Assembly (NCBI GenBank): GCA_964016885.1
Contig: OZ024746.1
Location: forward strand, 19,096,001-19,160,000
Direction of reading: 5' to 3'
From: Eledone cirrhosa
Lineage: Eukaryota
Length of the DNA: 64,000 nucleotides
The position numbers and the translations under genes were made by a program. Under the pieces are notes generated by a model, which saw only the letters and a program-made list of their open reading frames with translations, did no database searches and was not told the origin of the DNA. Each line of letters opens with the position of its first letter. The first letter of the stretch is position 1. Below, piece by piece: positions 12,281 to 25,722 of this stretch.

Positions 12281-12780
12281 AAACACTCTTGCACTAAGAA
12301 AACTGGAAATCAATTTGAATTCTTCATATTTGCAGATTAGCTAATCTTTGCAAGTTAGTTCTTCAAAATCAAATATTTTTGAGAATTGAAATGGCAAATG
12401 AGGCTGGCTAAAAAAAAACACAATAAACCAAGATAATAGTGTAATATATATTTACATTTCGACAAAATAAAAAAAGATTCAGAGAAAATATAGATTAAAT
12501 CTTAAAGGAGTTGAACCTGTCAAGATAGCAGTTCCTAAGTTTATCACAAATCTATTAGTTCCTGTTTTGGTGTTTTTATCAATGTATAAAGATTGATTCT
12601 TTGCTCACTCAGGACTTTATACAATATTTAAAACTGAGTTAAATATCGTCCATGTTCCCTGGAAAGTGTGTGGGAGGGGGGGGGGGACTTTCTAAGTCAC
12701 TAATCCATTCTTCCTCAGAACAAGTACCAACAGGAAACAATTGAGACGCAGAATGTGTCAAACCACCTGAGCTGACTTAC

Positions 12781-12845
12781 GTATTTTAATTAGACTCAAA
12801 GAGTATTTTAATTAGACTCAAAGAGTATTTTAATTAGACTCAAAG
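12781..12845. repeat. 22-bp tandem repeat x3
   Basis: gtattttaattagactcaaaga repeated three times. Confidence 0.9.
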
Positions 12846-15392
12846 TAAATTGATTAGATCCAAAGATTTCAAAGGTGATTTGGTTTTTGAGAACAAATAT
12901 ATATATATATTTTAACACTATCCTATAAATGTTTGGTAGATATACTATTACAAAGGAGAAGGTAGATTCTGGGAAAGTTCTTAATTTGTAAGCTTTTCTG
13001 GTGAAGCCAATCATGTGAATTTTCCCAGAGTTAATAATTATTAAGGCAATTATGGTAAAATACATTCCACACGTCTAATTATTTATATAAATAATATATA
13101 AAGAATAATAATATTGATGATTTGTGTAATAAAAATGCCAATAAAATATTATGAGAAAAAAACAACTGAGTATGAAAAACCGGATGGTGGTACACATCTA
13201 AGCAAAAATATCTTAATGTGTATCTATCTATATGTTCACTTTTAAACAGAGAAGACATACCACCAAGATGAAATAAGCAGAAAATAATAAAATTTTCTAG
13301 AGATATTTTATCATCTCAGCTACTCTAAACCAGAGAAGACCACCAGTAATATGTTAATATCAGGCGACTATGTGTTGCAATCGGAAACCGGTATAGGAAA
13401 TTCGAACACTTTCGACCTTCTCATCTAAGTCAGAGAAATAAAATATAGAACAGCAGTAATCATCGTTTATACATGAATGGTTAACTAGTTTAGAATAAGA
13501 TATAACATTTCTTCTTCATCGGTTGTATGTGTGCAAACGAGTAAAAAAATATAATAAACGGCTTGATAAGTCAGTAAAAATTGTTCAAAATACTAATTAA
13601 GCATCGAGTTCAATTTGACATTACCTCCGACTACAGATAACATTAAATGTCTTCTCAGAAGCACACACACACACACACATACAAATGAATATGACAATTT
13701 TTATTATTGATATATAATTTATGCATAAAGCAACATTTCAATGAACAGACACATGTGAATATAATTATCAAACATTTATGAGACTGGTATCGAGTGACAG
13801 AAGTCACTAGGTTTGTTATATTCGGGTTAATTTATATATATCGGCTTCGATGCTATGTGGAAGAAGACCTACCTACTATTTCTATCTAATCGGTCTTCTT
13901 TTGTGGAGCTTTCCCCTCTTGCTTTAATTGCAGGTATATTACAAGATAAACGAACTAAACAGCTGGGAGAGAAAAATAATCAGTCACATTTCTAAATGTC
14001 AGGTTTTATTTCATAAATATGTCATTCGTTTATCTTAGCTGAATGAATGAGTGGTGGTTTCATTTCTAATCAATGGAAAGGTAATAGATTAAAGTATTAA
14101 ACAGTAAAATATATTGCTATGGTAAAAAAAGAAATTTAAAAGAGGAAATTGTTATAAAATCGACATGAATTTTTAAATTTTTAGGACAATTCTCCGATCA
14201 GATGTACCACTATCACAACCCTAATTTGTTTTTCAACATCATAAATAGATGCGAGTTTAAATTATTAAATATGATCCGTACCCTTGACAACCGTTCTAGT
14301 AGAATGATTCATTGTGTGAAATGTACCCGTTTTAAAAATATTACCAGTGTCACCGTTTTAAAAATTGGTAACAGCCAAATTCTTGAAAGAAATTACAGGC
14401 GTTTATTTATGAGATAAAAATATAATATTTATTGTATTGTATCTATGAGTTTGTGAATGCGAAGAAAGGTTTGCGCTACAGAAATAATAATTCAATTTCG
14501 CTGTAGAACATTAAAATAATCAATAAGGTTATATTTCCTGAGTAAATCGAAAAAAAAAAGAGCGAAGAAAATTCCGTCTTAAAATTATAATAGGTGGCTA
14601 ATAACATTTAACAAGTTTCCCAATAATGTTTCAATATATTTTTAACAATAGTAACCCGTCAACTACAGAATACTCAATTTCATGACAAAAATAATTATGA
14701 TAATAAAGAATTAAAAGTCACGGCATTGCACAGATGAACAATCGGTAAATTTAATATCGACATACCTACATATTATAATTAAATGTTATATATTTTATTT
14801 AAATTAACCAAGATTATAAGCGAAACCTTTTTTTTTTTTTTTTTAAACTGGGGTAAGTTTCACGAAGTATTTATTTCTTAAGATGAAGAGAGAGAAAAAA
14901 TAAATGTATAGGATATGAATAATTGTCACTTCTGTGGGGGAAGAAATAATGGCCAGAGATAAATAAAGCACGACTTGGTAACCGTTTTATTGGAACTGAT
15001 GGCCAAAACCAAAAAATGTCGAGTGATGATCTTCTCGTTCACTCCATTCAGCTCAGCTATTTTCTACATCACATGACGATATTTCTCTCTCAAAGTCTTC
15101 AATATAACAATATTCCAATCAAATGATAAGCTATCGATGAGGGAAGCTAACAAACAGTAAAGATAAATAAAATGGTAGGGCAGCCAGCCTTCTACGATAT
15201 TTCTTCTGCTCAACAACGACTATATATATATATATATATATATACATATATACACACACACGAGTCTCGTCCATACATTCATTTATTTTAATTCTTTGAT
15301 CAATTTGATTACGTACACAAACAGACGGGCAGACAGATACACATATGGGTGTGTGTGTGTGTAAGCAACTTTGATTACACATACATACACGA

Positions 15393-15459
<67 letters not shown>

Positions 15460-16640
15460 TGTATGTGTGTGTGTAAGCAAATTAATATTAGTTTCGAAGA
15501 GGTTTCTATTTTCGATTTTTTAAAATAATGTTCTTTCTGTCTGTTCTGTGAAATAAGGGCTGAGAGTGTATTGTATGGCAACTCAAGCACTCTACAATAA
15601 TTTTTTTTTTTTTCATTTTAATGTATCAATCTGTAAAAAGAGGTGGAAAGAAATAGAGTGGTTGAGATGAAATAAAAAAATGTTCACAAAAAACTGTGAC
15701 GTCGTCGTGTTTATCAATCAATCATTAATAGATAAGCACGTTAAAATAGTATATTGAACCAAATCAGTTAAACCGAGTTAATTAGTAGTAGGACACGACT
15801 AACTTCCGATATATTGGACACGGCAGAAAAAATATATTTCGGGTAAAAATAATCGTTAAGTAAGAAAGATATGAGAGAGAGTGGGGGAGTTAGAGTTATG
15901 TCTTGTCTTGAACAGACGTGTTAAATCACTGGCTGCCTTCTTTTGTAAATAAATAAATAAATGAAACCCCTTATATAATGGCAGAAAGAGGGTGGGATGC
16001 AATCAGTCGCATCACACTATTGTGCATTTATGCATGCACTAACACCTGTCGAAGAAGCTTGCACACCTGTTCGCATGTGACTTGGCAAGCTTTATATGCA
16101 GAAATACTGCTCAGGCTCAATTAAGAAATGCACGCAATGGAAGAAAGATCATGGACAATTTATGCAGAAGTAAAAATTAGAAAGAAAAAAAACCTTATAC
16201 AACGACAAAGTAGGCATTAGAAGGTGGTTACCTTCCGGCTAGCAATTCACCATATCGTTTCTAGCAGTACAGTAGTTCCCTTCCCTCTAATAGCCGTTTA
16301 CTTATTAACCACCATTCTTCTATAGAAAAAAAGCTAAAACCTACATATATATATAACATGATACACTATTTCAAAGTGGCCAAAATTATAAGCAACTAAG
16401 CAATTGAGACATGACTTATACACCGTTAGAGTGTTTAGTTAACCTGTCTTGGTCAGTGTAAGACATTACATAATAATTATAACTAATTATTTTCTGTTAA
16501 TCCACTACCAGTCAATTTGAGATTCATACAGCCATAGATGCGACATATCTAACTACTAATGCGCAACATTTCACAATATTTTTAAATATTAATTCCTCAT
16601 CTAATCATTCAAATTTTTTAAAAATCATCTCTTTGCATAC

Positions 16641-16674
<34 letters not shown>

Positions 16675-17561
16675 ATAAATCAAAATAGTCAACTGTAAAA
16701 ATAATGTTATCCATATTTTATCAAATAAATTTTTTTTTTTTTATAGAATCGATATTTATCTGAAAATAATCCAACTACGATATATCACATATTGATTTTT
16801 TAAACATTTTTTTTACAAATCTCAAAACCAAAAATCTCTGAGAGAATAGGTATTATCATTGTTACAATTATTGATGAATGTGTTGTTGTTTGATGAAGAG
16901 AATGGCTACTAGAAATAGCAATGTAAATGAATTGGTTAAAATAAATATCTAGGAAATCACCATACCTGACCTAGGCAAAATACTCAAATGTCAATTTTTA
17001 AAAAGGAATATACAAACATTTTCACAAAAAAAACAAATGACAACTGTATATTTCGAATATAAATATTTTGATAAATACATATTAGAGGATATGTTATGAA
17101 GCCAAGTCATTAATAGTTAGCGGGGGGGGCTTACATTTCATTTTAAGACATACATGTTCCAAAATTCTGTAATTACCGCTAAATGCCAGCACTATTACCG
17201 ATGCATTGACACACAACATATTTTGCGTATGTAATTAGTGTAAAATTGCAGAAAGCTAGACTAGTTGTTCACTATTTAATTTAATGTCTCCCGTTTCAGA
17301 ATTTAAAATTCCTACAGAAATCGATACCTGTGTTATATTCCGTTAATTATTTCTTCCAACAAAAATAAATTTGCCACCTTAAGATATTATTATATAAATT
17401 ATTATATCTAGCATTCTAAATTTCAAGCTTTTCTAATATAATATAAATCAATTGGATCTGTGGTCGATCTAAATCGAAATAGCCAACTGTCAAACACTAT
17501 GTTTCGAAGTTCAGACGTTCCATTGAAGAAATGGTTATGCTTGGCCGACTTTTGGATATTG

Positions 17562-17785
17562 ATTTCTAATTTAGGCACAAGGCCAGCAAATTTGGGGCGG
17601 GAAGGGCAAAGTTGATAAAAATCAACCCTAATACTTTGACTGGTACTATTATATATTTTATCCGCCTCAGAAGGATGGAAAGCAAAGTTGACCTGGGCAG
17701 GATTTGAACTCGGAATGTAAAGAGACAGAACAAATATTGCAATAGCATTTTATCCGACGCTCTACCAATTCTGCCAATCCAACGC
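17562..17785 (-). mobile_element. tRNA-derived SINE, family A
   Basis: Near full-length copy with CpGs retained. Confidence 0.85.
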
Positions 17786-18720
17786 ATTTCAACCTTCAGA
17801 CATCGTCACGGTATTATTTGCAAAATGTCTCCGTTGATCTATTTCATTTAAAACTATTGGAGAGAAAATGCTTTTATTAACGATAGATATTGAACAAGAA
17901 ACAGAGTAGCTAATGTAAAAGAAAATGCTTAAAATCTGTGTGTATATATATAAGCGTGTGGGCTGTATTCCATCCTATGGGATAATGGCCCAACACATTC
18001 AACCAGCAGTACATATCGCTTCAATTTTCTACCTTGCTTTTATGTTCTCCATTTAATTTATCTCTCTCGAACATACAGGTACGCAACAAATTACATTTAC
18101 GACTTATGGAACTACACACATACACAATGTGACATAACGAAACAGTGTAGTAGTAGATTTTGTGATTCTTTGAACAAGTTACTAGAACTTCCTATCAATA
18201 GAACGGACGACAAATTAAAATATATTTCTGAATATTTAGTATTTAGTCGATATTAAATGTTCCAACACAGTAGTCATCGAATATTAAGAAACAAAAGAAA
18301 AGAAAAAGCTGTCAATGAAACTTCAAATTAATTGATCACACTAGAAAAATATAATATAATACATTAGTTAAATACCATTCTTTCATCGTTACAACTTATA
18401 TCCACATTAATGAAGATTTAATCAGATTAACAGTAACATTCTGTCCATATTACAGATCGGTTTGTATTGTACAGCAAAAACTAAACATCAGAGTGTCATA
18501 ACAGGACATTCGGTATAAATGTAATAAATACCATCACCACCACCCCCAAATAAGTTTTATATATAATAAAAATATTTTGAGCTCAGAAGCCAGACAATGC
18601 GACAGGTTGGTGGCTGTAAAGCAAGTGCTTATAAGATGAAGGCGTTACACACCTCCTCCACAAAGAAACTCGTCGTGTCACGCCGGACCACCACTACTGA
18701 CCCAAACATGCAATAACAAG

Positions 18721-18752
<32 letters not shown>

Positions 18753-20572
18753 TCATTAAAAAGAAGACAAGAAATAATTATAGACTTCGTTATTTAACTA
18801 TTAAATATTATTTTATCAAAAGGAAAAAAAAATTCGTCTCTACACTCATTATAAAGAGAAACAGATGTATGTATGTATAACGATCTCCGGCATAAATTTT
18901 TTCAATGCTATATAAACCATAATGTGATCTTCCTTTTTTTTTTCTTTCTTTTGAAACATGATCAAATATATATTTTTAAATGTTTCTAATTTTTTCTATA
19001 TAAGTGTTCCTTCCACTCCAAACCATTTTTTTAACCAAATATTCTGGGTAAATTATTATTATTATCATTATTATTATTATCATTATTATTATTATCTAAT
19101 AGCTAATGGTATTTAAAGAGTGGATCGATTTAAAAAGATTTCCAATCATATATTGATACCTACATTTAATAATTATTACTGAATTAAAATTAAGCAAACA
19201 CAATTCATCTCCAGTAATTTGAGAGAAAAAAATGTTTTCATAAATAAATAAGTGTACCAGACGTAGAAACTGGAATGAAGGACACGATCAATCAGCATGA
19301 ACTAGAGTTAGAAAAACTCTCTCATTAAGAATGAAACCGGCAAAATAAAGTGGGTAGGCGAAAAATATGTAAATATAAAGGGGTAAAATGTTTAGAAAGG
19401 TTTAAACCAATAATTGTTAGAGGTAACATAATAAATATGTTTGATGAAATAGAACATCTATCTACATAGCAACTGAAAGACTCTCCATTTGGAAATCCGA
19501 TCTAAAAAGGAAAAACGTTCCCATGAAAGATGTGAGTGAGTTGAGAACATAATTAATAGAGCATGTGTGAGCGATTTATTTTAAATGAGAGAAACGAAGG
19601 AGAGGGAGAATGTGTACATGAGTGACAGAGCAAGAGGGGAAAATAATGCATATATATATATATACCTAAGGAAAGAAAAATTCGGTGGAAATGAAAGAGA
19701 ATCAAAAAGAGAAAGAGCAAGAAAGAATAAGTGACAGAAAAAGTCAGGCCTGAAAACGAGAGACAGATGATTATATATATATATATATAAAAGACAGACG
19801 TTGATATTTTTATGATAGTTTTTACACATTTCCTGCCAAAGATTAACATTCAAAAAAGTGAAAAAGTGACGGGGTTGAAGAAGAGATGAAAAATACAAGG
19901 GGGTGGGTTTAGATATGTAAGTGTCATTTTCAGTGAAACTTGTATACGATTAACATTAATAGAAGTACCGACTCTACTAATTAAGATATTACAATAAAAC
20001 TTGTTTGTTAAAATTGTTTTGTTTTTGGAGGGTTTCTTTTCTTTACTTCATCATCGTTTTTCAAGAAAAATAGATTTTGATAGTATAGTATATGTGTGTG
20101 TGTATGTGTGTATGTATGTGTGTGCGTGTGCGTGTGTGTGTGTATGTGTGTGTGTGTGTGTGTGTGACAGAAACAACGGGAGTCAGATTATAGATTGATC
20201 TACAAGACAACGAAATTGAATGGTTGAAAATAACCTCATTGATAATGTGATTGATAATGAAGGTAGTTAGTTGCGGTGTGGTTACTGTTAATAATAATAA
20301 ATTTCGGACATAAATAGACATAGATATTAGCCTATGAATTAGATACTGTGACAATTCGACATTTATTTTGTTTTCTTATTTTCTTTCTTTCTTTCTTTTT
20401 TTTTTTCGACGATATTAAAACTGTAAAGGACATGCAATGATTGATTATAACGGGGAACCGATATCATACAGCGGTTCCGAATTACCCATAGCTTATATAC
20501 CTTTACCTTTACACCTTTCCATTGAGAAATGCAGGTTAATCAGGAAATAAAAGATAAATGAAGTTTACAAAC

Positions 20573-20583
20573 CTTTCAGCCAT
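20573..20583 (-). CDS. putative first coding micro-segment (ATG GCT GAA AG | GT donor) of an unidentified gene
   Basis: Minus strand aaaagaATGGCTGAAAG|gtttgt: purine at -3, G at +4 and an AG|GT donor, just downstream of the CpG-richest segment. No downstream exon identified. Confidence 0.35.
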
Positions 20584-20919
20584 TCTTTTTTGTGTATGTT
20601 TGAGTTAATAAATTTATCCAGTGTCAATTGTTCTTGTTGATGTTAAATTCTATCCAGGGTCCACTCAAGTAGTTAAAATATGTTTGATACGTACATAAGG
20701 AGACGGAAAGAGGTGTTTTTGGACAGTATCCAGCCAATTCCTTGTTTTCTTTTCTCTCTCTCTCTCTTTTTCACACAAGCTATTATTCTGTTAGTTAAAT
20801 GTTGTTGTTGATTTCCTCTCTTTCTTGTACCCATATATATATACAAATATATATACACCCGTGTATATATATACATATATATGTATTTTGTGTATGTATG
20901 TGTGTTTGTGTATATGTAT

Positions 20920-22300
20920 GTATGGTTTTATCACAAACGAACGACGATATTAAAGGGGAGGTCTGGGTATAATAATATCATATAGGGGTGGGGTAATTAT
21001 TTAAAAAGGGGACGACGAAGACGACATCTCGACGCCCGATAACCGTCACATCTCGCCGATGGAGAGATGACGATGATGTTGGAAAGAAGAGAAGTGAAAT
21101 GAAGAGATGAAGATGTAGACAACAGTTCGACACAGACTTCGCCAATCCGCCATGTTTCGTCGTTACTCCACCATGACTACGACCACTTTATCGTTCTGCT
21201 TGTTGTGGTTGTTAGTTGATTTGTTAGAAGGGGGAAGAGGAGGCAGCAGACTTGAGTTACAGTCGTTCTCGTACGGCCACTGCTGCTGCTACCTCTCTCA
21301 GTCTCTCTTACTCTTTCTTTCTCTCTCTCACTATCTTTCGATAGTCGTACTCTTCTTGTTGCTGCTGCTGCTACCTTTCCCTCTCTCTGTCTTTCTCTAT
21401 ATTTTTCTCTCTTACTCTGTTTTTCTCTTTCTCTCTCTATCTCTTTCTCTCACTCCCTCTTGCTCTTTCTCTCACTCTGTCTTCTGATGCTCCACCTCTC
21501 TCTCCCTCTCTCTTTTTTCTCACTCTGACTTTCGATAGTCGTAGACGTCTTCTTGCTACTTCTGCTACCTCTCTCTCTTATTCTCTCTATTTATTTTACT
21601 TTCTCTTTCTCTCTCTTTTTTTCTTCTACTGTCTCTCTCTCTCTCTCTCTCTCACACACTATCTTTTGATAGTCGTAGTCGTAGACATCTTGCTGCTGCT
21701 GTTACTACTACTACCACTACCACAACCACTACAACCACCACTACTACAACAACCACCACTTTTACTCCTCCTACCACCACCACCACCAATATTTCTCTCG
21801 CTAGTCTCACTCGTGTTCTTCTTCTTGTTGCTGTTGTACTTAATGGAGAAGGTATCGGGAGTAAATCGTAGCAAGACACCTTTTCCTTTCCCTTACAACT
21901 AAACTACACACTCCTTACTTGCTTCCTCTTCGTTACTACTACTACTACTGGTTATTATTATTTTTATGATAACTAATGCTACTGCTGATTATTATTATTA
22001 ATTATTATTATTAACATAAGCATGTGATGGTGGTGATGATGATGATGATTACTACTACGAATACTACTGGTGGTTATTATCATTATAATGATGATAGTGA
22101 TGATAACTATTGCTACTGCTGATTATTATTATTGATTATTATTTTTATCATCATAGGTATGATGATGATAACTATTGCTGCTGATTAATATTATCATCAT
22201 CATCATAAGCATGATGATGATTACTATTGCTGCTGCTGCGACTATTTCTAGTTAGCTTGCTGCTACTATCGATGGTTATATGGTTCTATTTCAATTCACT
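20920..22300 (-). promoter_or_regulatory. putative 5' UTR / TSS region with simple repeats
   Basis: Highest CpG density (21010-21280), a cgccatgtt YY1-like/Kozak-like motif at ~21148-21156, and (CT)n and trinucleotide tracts. Confidence 0.4.
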
Positions 22301-22324
22301 AACTTAACTTCTTCTGCCTACCTC

Positions 22325-22366
<42 letters not shown>

Positions 22367-23095
22367 ATATATTTCATACGTACGTATATAAATACATGTA
22401 TATATATATATATGTGTGTGTATATAATATATGTGTGTGTGAACGTGTGTCTTTACGATATGTTAGTGTGCTGAAGAGGTCTTATTTTTTTGGCAGGTTC
22501 TTTTCCTTTTTCTAATATATACATATGTATATATGTGTATGTGTACTAGCAAAGTACCAGTCATTTTGACGGTAAAAATATCTTATTTGCTAATTCCTTG
22601 ATTACAACATTCTATGTAAAGGTACTTCAGTCTTCGATTTCCCTTGACCTTCTCTCTCATGACACTCCTGCCATCGCTGTATTTCATTTTACATTCATTT
22701 AAATCAATTACAATAATTTTATTTCACATTCTCTTTAATCATTATCAAACATATATCCACTAAATTCGATGGATTTGTTCTACCTATCTATCTAACTATT
22801 TTCGGGTTTGGGCTTTGCTGTTATTGCTATTCATATCCAAAGATAGATACATTAGTAAATATACATAAAGAGATAACTATAGATTGAGAGTCAGACAGGT
22901 AAATAGACAGGTAGGTAGGTAAATAGGTATATAGATATGTAGGTAGATAGCTAGATAGTTTAGATAAATAGATGTATTTATTGTTGGAAGATAGATACAT
23001 AGATATGTAGATCTTGTCAAAACTGTGGGATAGAGATAGGAATATATAATCCCCAATACCCCAGGCATCTTTCCTACCTCAACTATAAATTGGTC

Positions 23096-23383
23096 CTCCT
23101 AGAGCCACAACAAAAGTGCCCAGCCCACACTCTAAAGTAGACGTGTAGCTGCCACAACAAAAAGTGCCCAGTTCACACTGCAAAATGGCCATGTAGGTGT
23201 CACTACAAAAAGCATCCAGCACACAATAGGGTTGGCGTTAGGAAGGGCATCCAGCTGTAGAAACCAAGCCAAAATCAGTTCTGTGAGCGAAACATGATCC
23301 TCCAACCTGATCTCTCACAAAGGGACCACACATCTTACCTATACTAGCATGGAAAATGGGCGTTAAACAATGATGGTGATGAT
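23096..23383 (+). mobile_element. RTE 3'-UTR-derived retroposon fragment
   Basis: Three ~50-bp submodules, then ggttggcgttaggaagggcatccagctgtagaaa and tail gcatggaaaatgggcgttaaacaatgatg. Confidence 0.75.
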
Positions 23384-23399
23384 CATAAATATATATATA

Positions 23400-23815
23400 T
23401 GTATACACATACTAATTGTATCAACAGTTCGACTTAACACTGGATTACCAGCAGTTTCAACACAGAAACATGTCTATTTCATCAGATGCATTGGTGAAAA
23501 GACTTTGAATATAGTTTTAGGCTATGTTGCTAAGGGCTTCCATTGGCTGGTTCAGGTCATGTGATGGTGCTGACTTAGCAACAGTACAAGGGAATTTTTG
23601 GCATCATTAATTTGGGTGGCAAACAGCAACAACCAGTATATGATTTCATTGAGTCTGGTAGCTCTTCTCTCTTCTGCACTATGTCTTTGATGTTGTTGAA
23701 GGTTCAATTGATGTATATGGTGCCCTTCTTGTGGGTTTGGTGTTGTTTTCTTTTCATTGGGTGCTTGCTGGTTCAAGCTGTCTATCCCATGCATAAACAT
23801 GAGCTATGAGGGACT
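23400..23815 (-). mobile_element. Penelope-like element 3' end (GIY-YIG C-terminal remnant plus pseudo-LTR)
   Basis: Frameshifted minus-strand translation SLIAHVYAWD...KKGTIYIN*TFNNIKD...ELPDS loosely resembles PLE endonuclease C-termini; followed by a hammerhead motif and (TA)n. Confidence 0.5.
23441..23490 (-). ncRNA. type I hammerhead ribozyme-like motif
   Basis: ugcau CUGAUGA aauaga-cauguu-ucuguguu GAAA cugcugg UA aucca. Confidence 0.6.
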
Positions 23816-24084
23816 AAAGTGGTGTTTGTGGGGTGTCTGGGACACGCAACAACAACAGCAGTAATAATAATGCTGAAAAAGCAAAGATGAAAAATATATT
23901 TTATATTTTATTCTACAAAAATAAAACCTTGCTCAAGCTCCATTTATAGATGAATCCATATAACACAGTGTAAGCATTGACTCAAGGAATTAAAGATTAA
24001 TTCTGTTCATTTTTGTATCTTCAGAGAAAGTAAAAATGATTGAGAAAGTTTGCTACGTTATTGGCACAACTCAATATATCTCAC

Positions 24085-24235
24085 ATTCTCTAACCTTCTC
24101 TAAAGGAAATCTGCTGTGTTCAGACCTGGAAAGGAGATGGGCTCTGTCAGATTTTTAAAAATACCCAAGAAACACTGTATACCACTATGGCGCCCCTATG
24201 ACTCTATCAAAAATTACAGGACCATACCATACCAT
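24085..24235 (+). mobile_element. SINE family B tail fragment
   Basis: gaaatctgctgtgttcagacctgga...aagaaacactgtat...ggaccatacc. Confidence 0.7.
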
Positions 24236-24954
24236 ATTCTTTTCATGTATTTCTCTTTCGTTGTACTATTTATAAACGGAGTATTCTGTCATTTAAACAT
24301 ATGGCATCATATTTTTTCTTCACTTATGTCATGGTTGCTCAAGAGCAACACTGCAGCTTCAGTTAAAACTGTGGCATATGGAGGAATTAAAAATATAGAA
24401 GACATGTACATAAACTATAAAAATATCACATTAACCATTTGACTCTCCTTTAAAAACTTCAGCTTCATTCCTCTCTAGATAAAACAACAGGAGACCATTC
24501 TATTATATTCTAATAATGTCATATTAAGAAACACTCACAAGTATATTTAAGTTTATTTTTTAGTATATATCTATATTCTTATATGTGTTTTTGTGTTTGT
24601 TTTTGTGCGTGTGTTTATGTGTGTGCGCGTGCGTGTGTTTATGTGTGTGTGTGAGCTTGTGTGTATGAATACATGAGAATACACCCCAATTTCACTCAGA
24701 CTGACATATCTTGTATAAAAAATGATAGACATTCATAATAAAACAAGTTAAAAGTGAGGTAACTCCCATTTTTCCTATTTTCCACCTTTCGACTATATTA
24801 GATTACTGTTGCTGTTTTGTTGATTAACCTGACAAAATGCTACGAGAAGAAGATAGATTTTTTTTTACACTTGTTCACTGACAACCTCACCTCTCATTTT
24901 TTGAAACATTTATGATTATTACTATACACTGTATAGTCTACTCATATATAAGCC

Positions 24955-25075
24955 AAGAAATATGTTATATTAGGTTCACGCTTGGTAGAAGTGGAGGAGG
25001 TTTTGATGTTTCCGACAGAAGTCCTTCTTCAGGAAAGTTCACATAGGGAGAGAACAGATTCATGTAGGAGTAGTT
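24955..25075 (-). ncRNA. repeat carrying a minimal hammerhead-like motif (core 25001-25036)
   Basis: uuuc CUGAAGA aggac-uucu-gucg GAAA ca UC aaaa; same family as 27150-27265. Confidence 0.55.
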
Positions 25076-25114
25076 AGAGAAGGTTAGGGAAAGAAATAAA
25101 AAAAAACATATATA

Positions 25115-25350
25115 ATCATCATCATCATCATCACCGTTTTACGTCCGTTCTTCCACGCTAGCATGGGTTAGACGGGTTGTCCTGTTGTGGGCAGTGTCTG
25201 GTCGGCTGACCATGCCTTGCTCATACAGGAACTGATTTTGGCTTGATTTCTACAGCTGGATGCCCTTCCTAACACCAACCTCATTTACAGTGAGTGTTGG
25301 GTGCTTTTTCGTGGTGCCTACACATCCACTTTACAGTGTGGGCTGTATAA
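25115..25350 (-). mobile_element. RTE 3'-UTR-derived retroposon fragment
   Basis: (cat)n tail, acgtccg...gcatgggttagacggg, and the gctggatgcccttcctaacaccaacc module. Confidence 0.8.
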
Positions 25351-25505
25351 ATATAGGGGGGAAGGGGTGAAAGGTCGGGGTGGAGGGTATGGGTGTGGTT
25401 GTATGTGTGTGTCGAAGGGGAGGAATTAGTAGATGTCCGTGGCTTCAGTATGTGCCACAGTGTCTTGTAAAGTGAAGTCTGTCAGGTTATATATTGAAAA
25501 CAAAG

Positions 25506-25540
25506 CGAGGTTTCACATCAAGGTCTGCTCATCAGACTTG
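25506..25540 (-). ncRNA. hammerhead-like core, 3' part disrupted
   Basis: caagu CUGAUGA gca-gaccuuga-ugu GAAA ccucg; no clear stem I/III partner. Confidence 0.4.
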
Positions 25541-25599
25541 TAAAATATTTTGCCAATTTTCACCAACTTTAAAATTCTACATAAATAAGATACTAAAAT

Positions 25600-25722
25600 A
25601 GTTTCACTTTCGAGGTGAATATTATACCAGTTTCACTTTGGGGATGAATATTACACTGGTTTCACTTTGGAGATGAATATTGCACCAGTTTCATTTTGGA
25701 GATGAGTATTACGCTGGTTTAC
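25600..25722. repeat. 29-bp tandem repeat x4
   Basis: gtttcactttggagatgaatattacacca-like units. Confidence 0.85.

Larger units (their letters stand above)
13300..22500. promoter_or_regulatory. CpG-retaining, TE-poor domain (putative unmethylated promoter / first-intron region)
   Basis: CG dinucleotides are visibly frequent here and scarce in the flanks; only one recognisable SINE lies inside and it keeps its CpGs. Judged by eye, not computed. Confidence 0.55.

Noticed and set aside
13360-13397. GAAACCGGUA with a palindromic stem III-like sequence
   Set aside because: No upstream CUGAnGA or stem II.
22545-22575. actagcaaagtaccagtcattttgacgg, resembling a Helitron-type 5' end (also ~39799)
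   Set aside because: No matching 3' hairpin/CTAG end or clear second copy could be identified.
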